This document shows positions 53,124 through 60,958 of a DNA stretch of 60,958 nt, piece after piece. A program made the translations under genes and the position numbers. The DNA lies in assembly GCA_043756865.1 (NCBI GenBank), contig JAYUQG010000028.1:1-60958 (forward strand), given 5' to 3'. The stretch comes from a bacterium. Lineage in GTDB: Bacteria > Patescibacteriota > Minisyncoccia > Phycocordibacterales > UBA6899. Each line of letters begins with the position of its first letter. Positions within the stretch are counted from its first letter, which is position 1. The notes under the pieces are model-generated. The model was not told where the DNA came from. It did not search any database and saw only the letters and a program-made list of their open reading frames with translations.

Positions 53124-53762
53124 CTATATTCCAGCAGCTGCTGTCCTGCACTCAGGGCCGGGGGCGCTTAAATTTACACCTCGTATTGGGTCAAAGTAGA
53201 AAGAGTGGGATGCGGTTTCTCCCCCCACAGACTCCGCGCGCACAGTGACCTGATATTTGCCCGGCGTAAATGCGGGTGCGCCAGTTGATTTCCAGCGTCG
53301 TGCCTTGAGCACGGGATCATCGATATTACTCTGCATCGCAAGTGGTATTTGTGCGATGAAACTTCCCTCGCTATTGCACACCACCCACTCAACCGATTTG
53401 GCGGGAGCATTCGTTCCCGCGGAGTACACGATTTTTTGTCCGGGGGTATATGCGGCGTACATACCTGCTTTTCCGTAATCAACCTGAAAGGCGGCAGATG
53501 ATTGGCCATTTATAAGTATAGGTGCACTCATTGGCTCTGGCATGGTTGTGACCTGCTTTTTTTGGCTCGCAAATACTACGCCTCCTAATGCGATAATAAA
53601 GATTAACCCACCCAGAACGACGGGCAAATGAGGAATCGTTTTGGAAGGTTCTTCCTCTTCTTCCTCCTCGACATGGGTCGCGGGCGAAAGTTCAGATGTT
53701 GGCTTGTGTGGCACACTTCCATCAGCGTTTATGTCGGCCATATGCTCATTTTTGCTCATCAT
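53124..53762 (-). CDS. membrane-anchored hypothetical protein with a poly-Glu tract
   Basis: EEEEEEEP tract, then a TM helix (VVLGGLIFIIALGGVVFA), then a beta-rich ectodomain. Confidence 0.55.
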   Translation of the reverse strand: MMSKNEHMADINADGSVPHKPTSELSPATHVEEEEEEEPSKTIPHLPVVLGGLIFIIALGGVVFASQKKQVTTMPEPMSAPILINGQSSAAFQVDYGKAGMYAAYTPGQKIVYSAGTNAPAKSVEWVVCNSEGSFIAQIPLAMQSNIDDPVLKARRWKSTGAPAFTPGKYQVTVRAESVGGETASHSFYFDPIRGVNLSAPGPECRTAAAGI

Positions 53763-53863
53763 GTTATTTTACTCGCAAAGGGCACACCTGACAAAGTTGC
53801 TATTCTTTTAAGTAAAAGAAAATGCCCATTTGGGCATTTTCAGCTTTTTCGTAAAAAGTTTTT

Positions 53864-54646
53864 CTACTCGTTCGGCAGAGCCCAGAATACGTGAGTAAAC
53901 ACGCTTTTACCACCTCCCAGCTCGCGCTTATATAGCGAGGCGCGGCCGTCTTGTGAATGCTTAATCGCTTTTCCCCACTCTTTTGAGTTGCTGGTGTCGA
54001 TATCGCTCCCTGTGCTTACTGCTGCAACTGTCGACGAACTCGTCCCATCGAGATGCGCATAGATGGTTTGGAGCATGTCGTAGTCATGCTGATTTGGATG
54101 CTGATTAGAGGTCGGGTCGTTCGTGTAGTCCATGCAGGTACCCAAGTTCGCATTCCCATGCGCCTCGTCCTGATGGTCGAGTCCAATCGTATGTCCCACT
54201 TCTTGGCAAAGTACGAGGTTACGCCACGCAGGGGTATTGTATGTGCGCGTATTGAAGTAGGTGTCATTCATCTTCACTGTTCCCTGAGTGATGTGGTCAC
54301 CATTTGACCAGACAGAAGCAATACCGAGCCAGCCATTGCTGCCATATTTTGAGTTGCAAATCTCGATGCGTCCGGCGACAGGCTTACAATTCTTGAGTGG
54401 CGAATTCCCCGGCTGCACGATCGTGTCGACAACTGGCGAAGCCGTCCAGTCACTCGCAGTAGTCGCAAGATAGCTATCCCAATTTGCCGTCACGTTATCC
54501 CCCAATACGACGGAGAAAGAACTTGTGGCGCGTGCCCAATGAAAGGTCCCCCATGCGTGATTTGCAAAAGTAACATGCACTGCTCCCATGGCCATAACCA
54601 TGGCGATTGCAGCAACCGCAATAATTCGTTTGTTCATAATGCTCAA
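53864..54646 (-). CDS. secreted metzincin-like metalloprotease with a variant zinc motif QEVGHTIGLDH
   Basis: Signal peptide, an (H/Q)ExxHxxGxxH-type motif, and a Met-turn-like GTCMDY downstream. Confidence 0.7.
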   Translation of the reverse strand: MSIMNKRIIAVAAIAMVMAMGAVHVTFANHAWGTFHWARATSSFSVVLGDNVTANWDSYLATTASDWTASPVVDTIVQPGNSPLKNCKPVAGRIEICNSKYGSNGWLGIASVWSNGDHITQGTVKMNDTYFNTRTYNTPAWRNLVLCQEVGHTIGLDHQDEAHGNANLGTCMDYTNDPTSNQHPNQHDYDMLQTIYAHLDGTSSSTVAAVSTGSDIDTSNSKEWGKAIKHSQDGRASLYKRELGGGKSVFTHVFWALPNE

Positions 54647-54725
54647 CTAGATAATGAATATACCCCAATATCATCATGGATAGTGCTGGCACGCAAGCTC
54701 CCTTCGCCCAGTGAGAAACAAGCAA

Positions 54726-55910
54726 CTATACAATATTTTTCTGAGGAATGCGCATCGCGAAAAAGAAGAACAGCGACAACACGGCGCATCCTGCACCGAA
54801 GAGAAACGTCGCCTCAGGTGCTACGAATGTCCAGAGTGCTCCACCGACAATTGATGCAAATAACGTGCAAAGACTGGTCACACTACTCAACACGCCATAG
54901 CCTGTCGCAATTTTGTCTTTTTCTACCATGGCACCAACGAGTGCCTTTCCCACTCCATCAGTGAGTGCGATATAGCATGCGTATATTGCGAAGAGCGGCC
55001 AGATGTATATAGCATCGTGTGTGAGTGCGAAGCCCAGATAGACGAAAATAAATATAATAATTCCTGTAATAAATACTTTCTTCTGCCCTATCTTATCGGA
55101 AATAATGCCGGCTGGTGTGGCGAGCAATGCATAGACCAAGTTGTAGAGCACATACGCGCCAATCGTCATGGCAATAGTCATGCCCAAATCCTGTGCACGT
55201 AAAATCAAAAATGCATCAGCACTATTACCGAGCGCGAAGATCGCGCTCCCAATTAAGAACAATTTATACTCGCGGGGAAACGATTTGATTGAAGCGAAAA
55301 GATGCAGCTGCACTTTGTGCTTCGTCGCGACGGGCTCTTTGATGAAAAAGAAGAAGATGAGACTGGTGAACGCAGGAATGGCTGCAACATAGAGAATAGT
55401 GCGGATGTCGTTGTTGAACTGATACAGGAGTGCAAGCGCAATGATGGGACCAACAACGGCGCCCAAAGTGTCCATGGTGCGATGCAGACCAAAGATGAAT
55501 CCCCGATTTTCTGGAGTGGATGCCGCATTCAATAGTGCGTCGCGTGCGCTGGAGCGCATTCCCTTACCAAGGCGGTCGACAAAGCGCCCAAGGAGGACGA
55601 GTGGCCACGCATAGGCAATTGCGATTATGAGCTTTGCCACCGCACTCGCGCCATACCCCGCCACCACAAATGGCTTGCGCCTTTGGAGGCGATCGGACCA
55701 GTAGCCAAAATATGTTTTAAATAACGCTGCTGCTCCTTCGGCTATACCCTCTATAATACCTACGACAAACACGGGGGCGCCAAGCACCTGCGTGAGGAAG
55801 ATGGGCATCACGGGGTACAACATTTGCGAAGCAACGTCATTGAAGAAACTGACAATTCCCAGATACCAGACCATGGGTGGCACTTGCGCTGTTTTGTCTT
55901 TGAATTTCAT
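54726..55910 (-). CDS. MFS transporter
   Basis: 12-TM pattern with motif-A-like GYWSDRLQRRKP. ATG 55910 (MKFKDKT) is preferred. Confidence 0.85.
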   Translation of the reverse strand: MKFKDKTAQVPPMVWYLGIVSFFNDVASQMLYPVMPIFLTQVLGAPVFVVGIIEGIAEGAAALFKTYFGYWSDRLQRRKPFVVAGYGASAVAKLIIAIAYAWPLVLLGRFVDRLGKGMRSSARDALLNAASTPENRGFIFGLHRTMDTLGAVVGPIIALALLYQFNNDIRTILYVAAIPAFTSLIFFFFIKEPVATKHKVQLHLFASIKSFPREYKLFLIGSAIFALGNSADAFLILRAQDLGMTIAMTIGAYVLYNLVYALLATPAGIISDKIGQKKVFITGIIIFIFVYLGFALTHDAIYIWPLFAIYACYIALTDGVGKALVGAMVEKDKIATGYGVLSSVTSLCTLFASIVGGALWTFVAPEATFLFGAGCAVLSLFFFFAMRIPQKNIV

Positions 55911-55966
55911 ACAGTATTTCAATTTACCGCAAGAACCCCACCCTTCCAAGGAGGTTCCATCACGGA

Positions 55967-58900
55967 CTAGAGTGGCGCAGTTGTGAGGAATGGGTCGAAG
56001 AGTACCCCCGCTGTCACAGCGTCACCGACCGAGCCTGAAGGCATGCTCGGTGACGTCGGACCGAGTATGTTGCCCCAATAATTCCCCGTTGCATCAATCT
56101 GAGTGCCGATAGTCGGCGTTGCATTTGCAACCCCTGCTGTGGTGTTCTCGGTAATCACCGAGCTCTCCACGTCCACAACAGAGTTAAAGGACCGTACGCC
56201 GTAGTTATTCCCCACAAGCATGACGTCTTTCGCGTTGACCGTACTGCCGAATGACAAAATGGCAGTATCTCTAAAATTTTCAATTGTTGATGAGGCAATT
56301 ACAAGCGCAGACCCAGCGGTAAGTGTGATCGCATCATCTTTCCCGTTTTTTGCCACCAAGTCAGTCACCGTCGCGCGCGAACCTATCATATTGAAAATGT
56401 CGCCTTCACCCATATTCTGCACGGTTACACCGTTAAAATTCCCATTGGATGCTTTTCCCGCTCTGTTGGTAAACAAGTCAATTGCATTCTTGGTCACGTG
56501 CACATCAGCAAACACCGTATTGGTCGCATTCACAGACGACCCAAATGCATCAATGCCGATGCCGCTGACGCCCGTAAATGTAGTGTCCGTAAGCGCAAGT
56601 GCTGTACCGTCAAAAAGCACAAATGCATCAGACCCTGTGCGCGCGACCGTCGTACTGGCAAGCGTTATGCTTGAACTCGCAAACGCAACAATAGAGTTAC
56701 CCGTAATATCATAAAAAGAGGTATCTGTTCCAGAAAGTGTAGACGCATGGAGATACATGGCGTGTTGCGAATCGGAAATCGTTGTGGACACAAGCGTTGC
56801 CGATGCACCACTCGTGAGATGCAGGGCAGTTCCCGCATATCGTATCTCGGTTTCATTAAATTCTGCCGTAGCTACCGCACCGGAAATTGCGATCGCTTGC
56901 ACAGAGTTATTGCGTCGCACTGGTTGTACCCCGTCACCAAGGGTATCTCCTCCCGCACTGTCGTCGTCGATTGACGTGAACACCACAGCTGCTTCGCGGT
57001 CGCCATAAGCGCGGAGGGCACCACGCACAACGAGTTTTCCGCTTGAGGGCATCCATTTAACCACAGTCCCTGCTCCTAATGTGAGCGAGGAGTCTGCAGG
57101 TATGGTGAGTGTGGAGAAGAGCACATATGCGCCCTGTCCTTTTGCAAATGTCTGCATTCCCTCTATGGTACTGGTGAGTGCAAGTGAGTAGTTCAGGGAA
57201 TTTCGCGCACCTGGGGTTCCAAGAATTCCGTTTCCATTGCGGTCTAACCCGTTAGAAAAATTCCCGTTATTTGAGTCCCAGTTTTCCCAAACTGCGGTGT
57301 CGAGTTCGCTCCGCCACCGTTCCATTGAAACCCCGACAGCCCCATTTCCGCACCAATCTACACAAAGAGGTATATGGTCGATGACCATGTCCGTACCCAT
57401 ACTTGAGTCAATAAGTTCGAGCTCCATTCCCGTTTCAGGAAGTGCGGCCATACCATATATCCAAGGCTGAAGCATTGGGTACGCAATAGATGCAGGAACT
57501 TGTGGCTCAACTACTCCTGAACTATTTGCTACAACAAAATAGTCACCCGGACCGAGTATTCCCGTGAGTGGCGTGGTGGACCATGTGTCAACACTATGAA
57601 ACCGAATACTGTACTGCGAGAGATCAGCAGGAGCATCGCCTGCATTGTAGAGCTCAATCCACTCGTCATCGGGTGAAGCTTCTGTGCCTCCCCATGCTAT
57701 CTCGTTGAAAAGCACACGTGAGTTTTGCGTTACTGGTTGTGACGGTGGAACAACCATGAGCGGTGAAACTACCACCACGTCGCGAAACACGGGGGATGAA
57801 CTATTCCCCGCATCGTCTATTGCCACCACGCCAATGGTCGTTGTACCAAACGGTAGTAGCACCTGTGCCGACCATTCACCTGTTGATGTTGCGCGGGTTT
57901 CAAAAACTACAGTTACCGTATCCATCAACCACGAAAGTGCGACCACAGCTCCCCCCTCTGCCGTCCCCGAAATCAGTACCGATGTCGTTGCGATAACTTC
58001 ATGTACAATTGGCGAGTGTATGAGTGGCGCATCGGGCGCAGTCAGATCTTTGGGAACGATTACCTCTTCACTGGTCGTGGCCACGGGAAGTACTGGTGGT
58101 GTAGCCACAGAAGCGTCGGCAAGAAAGATGACGGTTCCACTGCCTCCGCCTCCCCCACCAAGCGAGTTTGCGGTAACCTCGTATGGACTTACAACAGTTG
58201 CAGCCCCGGCGACTTCACCAGTACTCGGCGGAGTCACTCGCGCCGCCCTAATGCTCGCAATGAGTTGCGTGAGGCGGGTAATTTCTTTTTCGAGCGCAGC
58301 AAGCAAAGTACTATGTTGAGGTTGCTGAGTATCTGAGACAACTACGGTGGTTCTCCCATTATCGACAGCGTTTTCAGTGATGGGCTTTGTCTGCGGTACA
58401 AAATCTGCGTCTGTAGGAATAACTTCTTTCCAAATAGCGTATCTTACATTTTCGTTTGCCGAATTAAGCGTATTTCCCACGTACGCAATTCCTTTTGTTA
58501 CTCCTCCTGCAGCAAATTTACCTACCGTCCCCGTGCGACGAATGAGTGAGGCGATAAGCCGTGAACCAGTATTCCCCGCAACGGCAACCGCTCGAACTCC
58601 TGCAACTCCAGCTTGCTTCAAGAGCGGTTCTTTCATGCGAAGCAGAGTGCCCGTCTGTTTTTCCTTTTCAACTTCGAGAAAGAAAAGCCGAATAACCCCA
58701 GCACCATTTTTTACCGCTTCACGGGAGGTTAGTTGCCAATAGTTGGAGAGAATTATTTTATCAGCGTCTTGAATATCATATGTTTCAACTTTTGTTCCAT
58801 CAAGTTTTCGAGTCGTTTCTATCTGTACAAAAAAGTGGTCTTTATGCTTACCAAAACTTTTTGTATCCCCCGTGCTCAGCATTATGCTCGCTAAATTTTC

Positions 58901-59674
58901 AATAACTGGGAGGGAGTAGTTCTTGTCAAAAATTGTACTTTTGCTGAAAAAGTTTGAATTTGAATAGCTTGCAGTATTGTCAAAATATATATCAAGAGTG
59001 TCCACAATATGGGGATTTGCACCTTCAGATAAGAGTTTCTTTGCGGTATCCACATTTTTGTTTAGTAGCGAAAACTGGTCTGCAAATTCCTCAAATGGAC
59101 TTGACTCACCAAAATTTTCATCATATTGCTGTATCGCCTTGTCGAAAATGGGAATATGAGCATCATCTCTTGTATGGTCTGGCACAGTTGCATCCTCAAT
59201 AAGGTGCAGTGTGTGGCCTAGCGCTTCCATTGCATTCTTTCTGTCTCCGTAAGTATATTCATAAATTGCACGTTGCCACGAGCGGTCGCATGGGCTTTCA
59301 AAAAGCGGAAATAACACGTGGGGCTGAATGAGACATCCTCCCGGTCCGCTACTCCACGACGCTTGGTATGCGGGACTTTGCGCCCAAGTCTTCGAAGACA
59401 TGTATTGCTTGAGCCCAATATTACGCACAGGGTCATAAAAATGGTGCGCCATGCGATAGTTATCATCTTCCGCCATCGCTCCTTTTTGCAAAAGTGTTCG
59501 ATATTCATCCGAGAGTGTGGGTGTCCCATATTCTGAAGCAAAGACATTATAAAAATTAGCCACTTCGTACGTAAGTGCGTCATGCGTAGAATTCGGCTCA
59601 TATGCAAAAAGCCCTGCAGGCGAAAGCGCGACAAGAAGTGTGGTTACAACAATTAGGGTGAGGCGATTTTCCAT
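55967..59674 (-). CDS. 1235-aa secreted protein: zinc phospholipase-C-like N-domain + lamin-tail domain + parallel beta-helix repeats
   Basis: Signal peptide. HDALTYE...HTLHLIEDATVPDHTRDD is PLC/P1-like. VLFNEIAWGGTEASPDDEWIELYNAG is LTD-like. The C-terminal third has Gly/Thr/Ser-rich ~22-aa beta-helix-type repeats. Confidence 0.75.
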   Translation of the reverse strand: MENRLTLIVVTTLLVALSPAGLFAYEPNSTHDALTYEVANFYNVFASEYGTPTLSDEYRTLLQKGAMAEDDNYRMAHHFYDPVRNIGLKQYMSSKTWAQSPAYQASWSSGPGGCLIQPHVLFPLFESPCDRSWQRAIYEYTYGDRKNAMEALGHTLHLIEDATVPDHTRDDAHIPIFDKAIQQYDENFGESSPFEEFADQFSLLNKNVDTAKKLLSEGANPHIVDTLDIYFDNTASYSNSNFFSKSTIFDKNYSLPVIENLASIMLSTGDTKSFGKHKDHFFVQIETTRKLDGTKVETYDIQDADKIILSNYWQLTSREAVKNGAGVIRLFFLEVEKEKQTGTLLRMKEPLLKQAGVAGVRAVAVAGNTGSRLIASLIRRTGTVGKFAAGGVTKGIAYVGNTLNSANENVRYAIWKEVIPTDADFVPQTKPITENAVDNGRTTVVVSDTQQPQHSTLLAALEKEITRLTQLIASIRAARVTPPSTGEVAGAATVVSPYEVTANSLGGGGGGSGTVIFLADASVATPPVLPVATTSEEVIVPKDLTAPDAPLIHSPIVHEVIATTSVLISGTAEGGAVVALSWLMDTVTVVFETRATSTGEWSAQVLLPFGTTTIGVVAIDDAGNSSSPVFRDVVVVSPLMVVPPSQPVTQNSRVLFNEIAWGGTEASPDDEWIELYNAGDAPADLSQYSIRFHSVDTWSTTPLTGILGPGDYFVVANSSGVVEPQVPASIAYPMLQPWIYGMAALPETGMELELIDSSMGTDMVIDHIPLCVDWCGNGAVGVSMERWRSELDTAVWENWDSNNGNFSNGLDRNGNGILGTPGARNSLNYSLALTSTIEGMQTFAKGQGAYVLFSTLTIPADSSLTLGAGTVVKWMPSSGKLVVRGALRAYGDREAAVVFTSIDDDSAGGDTLGDGVQPVRRNNSVQAIAISGAVATAEFNETEIRYAGTALHLTSGASATLVSTTISDSQHAMYLHASTLSGTDTSFYDITGNSIVAFASSSITLASTTVARTGSDAFVLFDGTALALTDTTFTGVSGIGIDAFGSSVNATNTVFADVHVTKNAIDLFTNRAGKASNGNFNGVTVQNMGEGDIFNMIGSRATVTDLVAKNGKDDAITLTAGSALVIASSTIENFRDTAILSFGSTVNAKDVMLVGNNYGVRSFNSVVDVESSVITENTTAGVANATPTIGTQIDATGNYWGNILGPTSPSMPSGSVGDAVTAGVLFDPFLTTAPL

Positions 59675-60162
59675 TTTTGTGAAAAAACATTCCTATTTAA
59701 AATAATATCAAAAGAATATCCATCTCCTGACACAGACATGAAATATTCATTTTTTGCCGTTTGTTTTGGGAATGCTGCCGACGAATAGACGTCGGCTGTT
59801 TTAAGTAACGTTCCATTTTTCTCCCCGTCCAGTAATTCAGCATAAGCCTCACCTTGTTTTTCGGGGATATAATACTTTGCTGCGAGTTCGATATTGCCCG
59901 CTTCCAATGCATCAACAAACAATGCAAGAGTCTCTTCGGGAGTGACTCCTCCATAAGTATCTTGCTCATAGGCCAACTTCATACCTTTGCCGTACAGCTC
60001 CCATTGCCACATGTAGGTCATATCCTTTCCGGTACGCTCAGGTGCTTGTTGGAAAAAATAGTTCCACGCCCAAGCATAGTAGCCGACCCCAAAGACCACT
60101 AAGGCTCCCGCGATCATAAGCCCAATTTTCTTCCACCCAGTAGTTTTCGCCTCAGTTTCCAT
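59653..60162 (-). CDS. membrane-anchored hypothetical protein (169 aa)
   Basis: N-terminal TM helix. It overlaps the downstream giant gene by 22 nt. Confidence 0.5.
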   Translation of the reverse strand: METEAKTTGWKKIGLMIAGALVVFGVGYYAWAWNYFFQQAPERTGKDMTYMWQWELYGKGMKLAYEQDTYGGVTPEETLALFVDALEAGNIELAAKYYIPEKQGEAYAELLDGEKNGTLLKTADVYSSAAFPKQTAKNEYFMSVSGDGYSFDIILNRNVFSQKWKIASP

Positions 60163-60360
60163 AGAAAATAGTTACTCACTAAATTACTCGAAATTGTACC
60201 ATGATGCAAGCACCCACCTGTGGTGGGTAACTGTGTGCATTCAATGAAAACGGGGGCACCCTGCTTGCGGCGGTACAGCACTCATTTCTGCCTTGCTTAG
60301 GCCTCTCTGATTTTCTTTAACAATTGGACCTTTTACTATGTACGTATATATACTTAATTA

Positions 60361-60741
60361 ATGGCCAATACAATCTATCCCTACGTTGACGATGAGGTAT
60401 TCATTAAGGAAGTTTCTGAAGTCCTCAGGAAAAACAAGAGCGCACTCAAAAAAATTGATAAAGACTTTCATGAGAACGTCATTGACCCTTTCTCTGCGTT
60501 ATTTGACTCTGAGAATAGTAATCTATCGATTAAGACGTGGGAAAAGCAAGAGAAAAGTCGCCAACTTCAAAAAACTTTGCAAAATGCAATCGGCCATTTT
60601 CATCAACGAATTTTGGGCTCTGTAAATGGCTGGTATGACCCCGGGGTTGGAGGTGGGTACGATTCAGAACACAAGAAACGCAAAATTGTTGCAGAAATTC
60701 AATCACCGCGGGCGGGAGCCCGCGGTTTAATCGTCGGGTAG
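60361..60741 (+). pseudogene. truncated Eco47II-family restriction endonuclease remnant
   Basis: DPFSALFD, QKTLQNAIGHFHQRILGSVNGW and KIVAEI match my recollection of the RE_Eco47II family up to the expected AE(I/L)KNKxNT. The ORF then runs into GC-rich hairpin sequence and stops. Confidence 0.5.
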
Positions 60742-60958
60742 AGTCTAAAGGTTAAATAGGGCATCAGCGAAGCGCTGATGAGTTTTCCGCTCCACAAAGC
60801 TGGGTGCTCAAACTGCGCGTCCATTCCCGTGCAGAGCACGGGGTTTTAATGCCGCATAATAAAAGTATACCTTACAGAGATAGTCCTCCCAAGCAGAAGG
60901 CACTCTATCTCTCTACCGGAAGAATACCGTACCCTTGCTGCGACCGAGCGTGAGTTCA

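Noticed and set aside
60700-60958. A group II intron 5' end, an IS200/IS605 end with TnpA/TnpB, or a tRNA/tmRNA integration site after the REase break
   Set aside because: There is no GUGYG start at the junction and no domain-V-like AGC/GNRA helix. The short ORF MPHNKSIPYRDSPP... lacks the Y1-transposase YH/HUH pattern. No T-arm (GTTCRAATC) was found. With only 260 nt available, this stays unresolved rather than called.
1-60958. CRISPR arrays, rRNA genes and tRNA genes
   Set aside because: No regularly spaced direct repeats were seen. No GGTTCGAATCC/GGTTCAAATCC-type T-arms with matching acceptor stems appear on either strand, and no rRNA-like stretches. This was an eye scan only, so a tRNAscan/Infernal run would be decisive.

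Overview
This 61-kb fragment reads like a small-genome, CPR/Patescibacteria-type (Parcubacteria-like) bacterium; that placement is inferred from gene content only. I count about 65 protein genes, mostly on the minus strand, and found no rRNA, tRNA or CRISPR array. Housekeeping genes are ileS, an IscA-like gene, argS, tmk, dCMP deaminase, rplK, nusG, secE, glmS, murD, ftsH and guaB. They are interleaved with envelope and accessory genes: a SIMPL protein, an L,D-transpeptidase fusion, DedA, MscL, YjdF, a NhaP antiporter, an MFS transporter and a fatty-acid desaturase. Also present are a response regulator + ECF sigma + anti-sigma-like module, a Memo-CapA fusion, a metzincin-like protease and a 1235-aa phospholipase-C/LTD/beta-helix protein. 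The most notable observations follow. (1) A complete histidine-phosphatase (PGAM-like) domain is nested in-frame inside IleRS. (2) An exact 22-nt palindrome, ATGTCAAGGTTAAACCTTGACA, occurs three times: twice intergenic and once in-frame inside murD, plus a 12-nt half-site. (3) An ORF-free, strongly base-paired 375-nt gap lies 3' of ileS and has strand-asymmetric G-U pairs. (4) An AGGACTAA(A/G)TC..TGG motif sits 69-78 nt upstream of three minus-strand start codons. (5) A two-gene high-GC island lies between secE and a membrane-protein gene. (6) The nusG-rplK spacer is unusually long and structured, and rplA is absent from its canonical place. (7) Three disrupted genes and a truncated Eco47II-like restriction-endonuclease remnant sit at the right edge. 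All domain calls are from motif reading by eye, with no database search.
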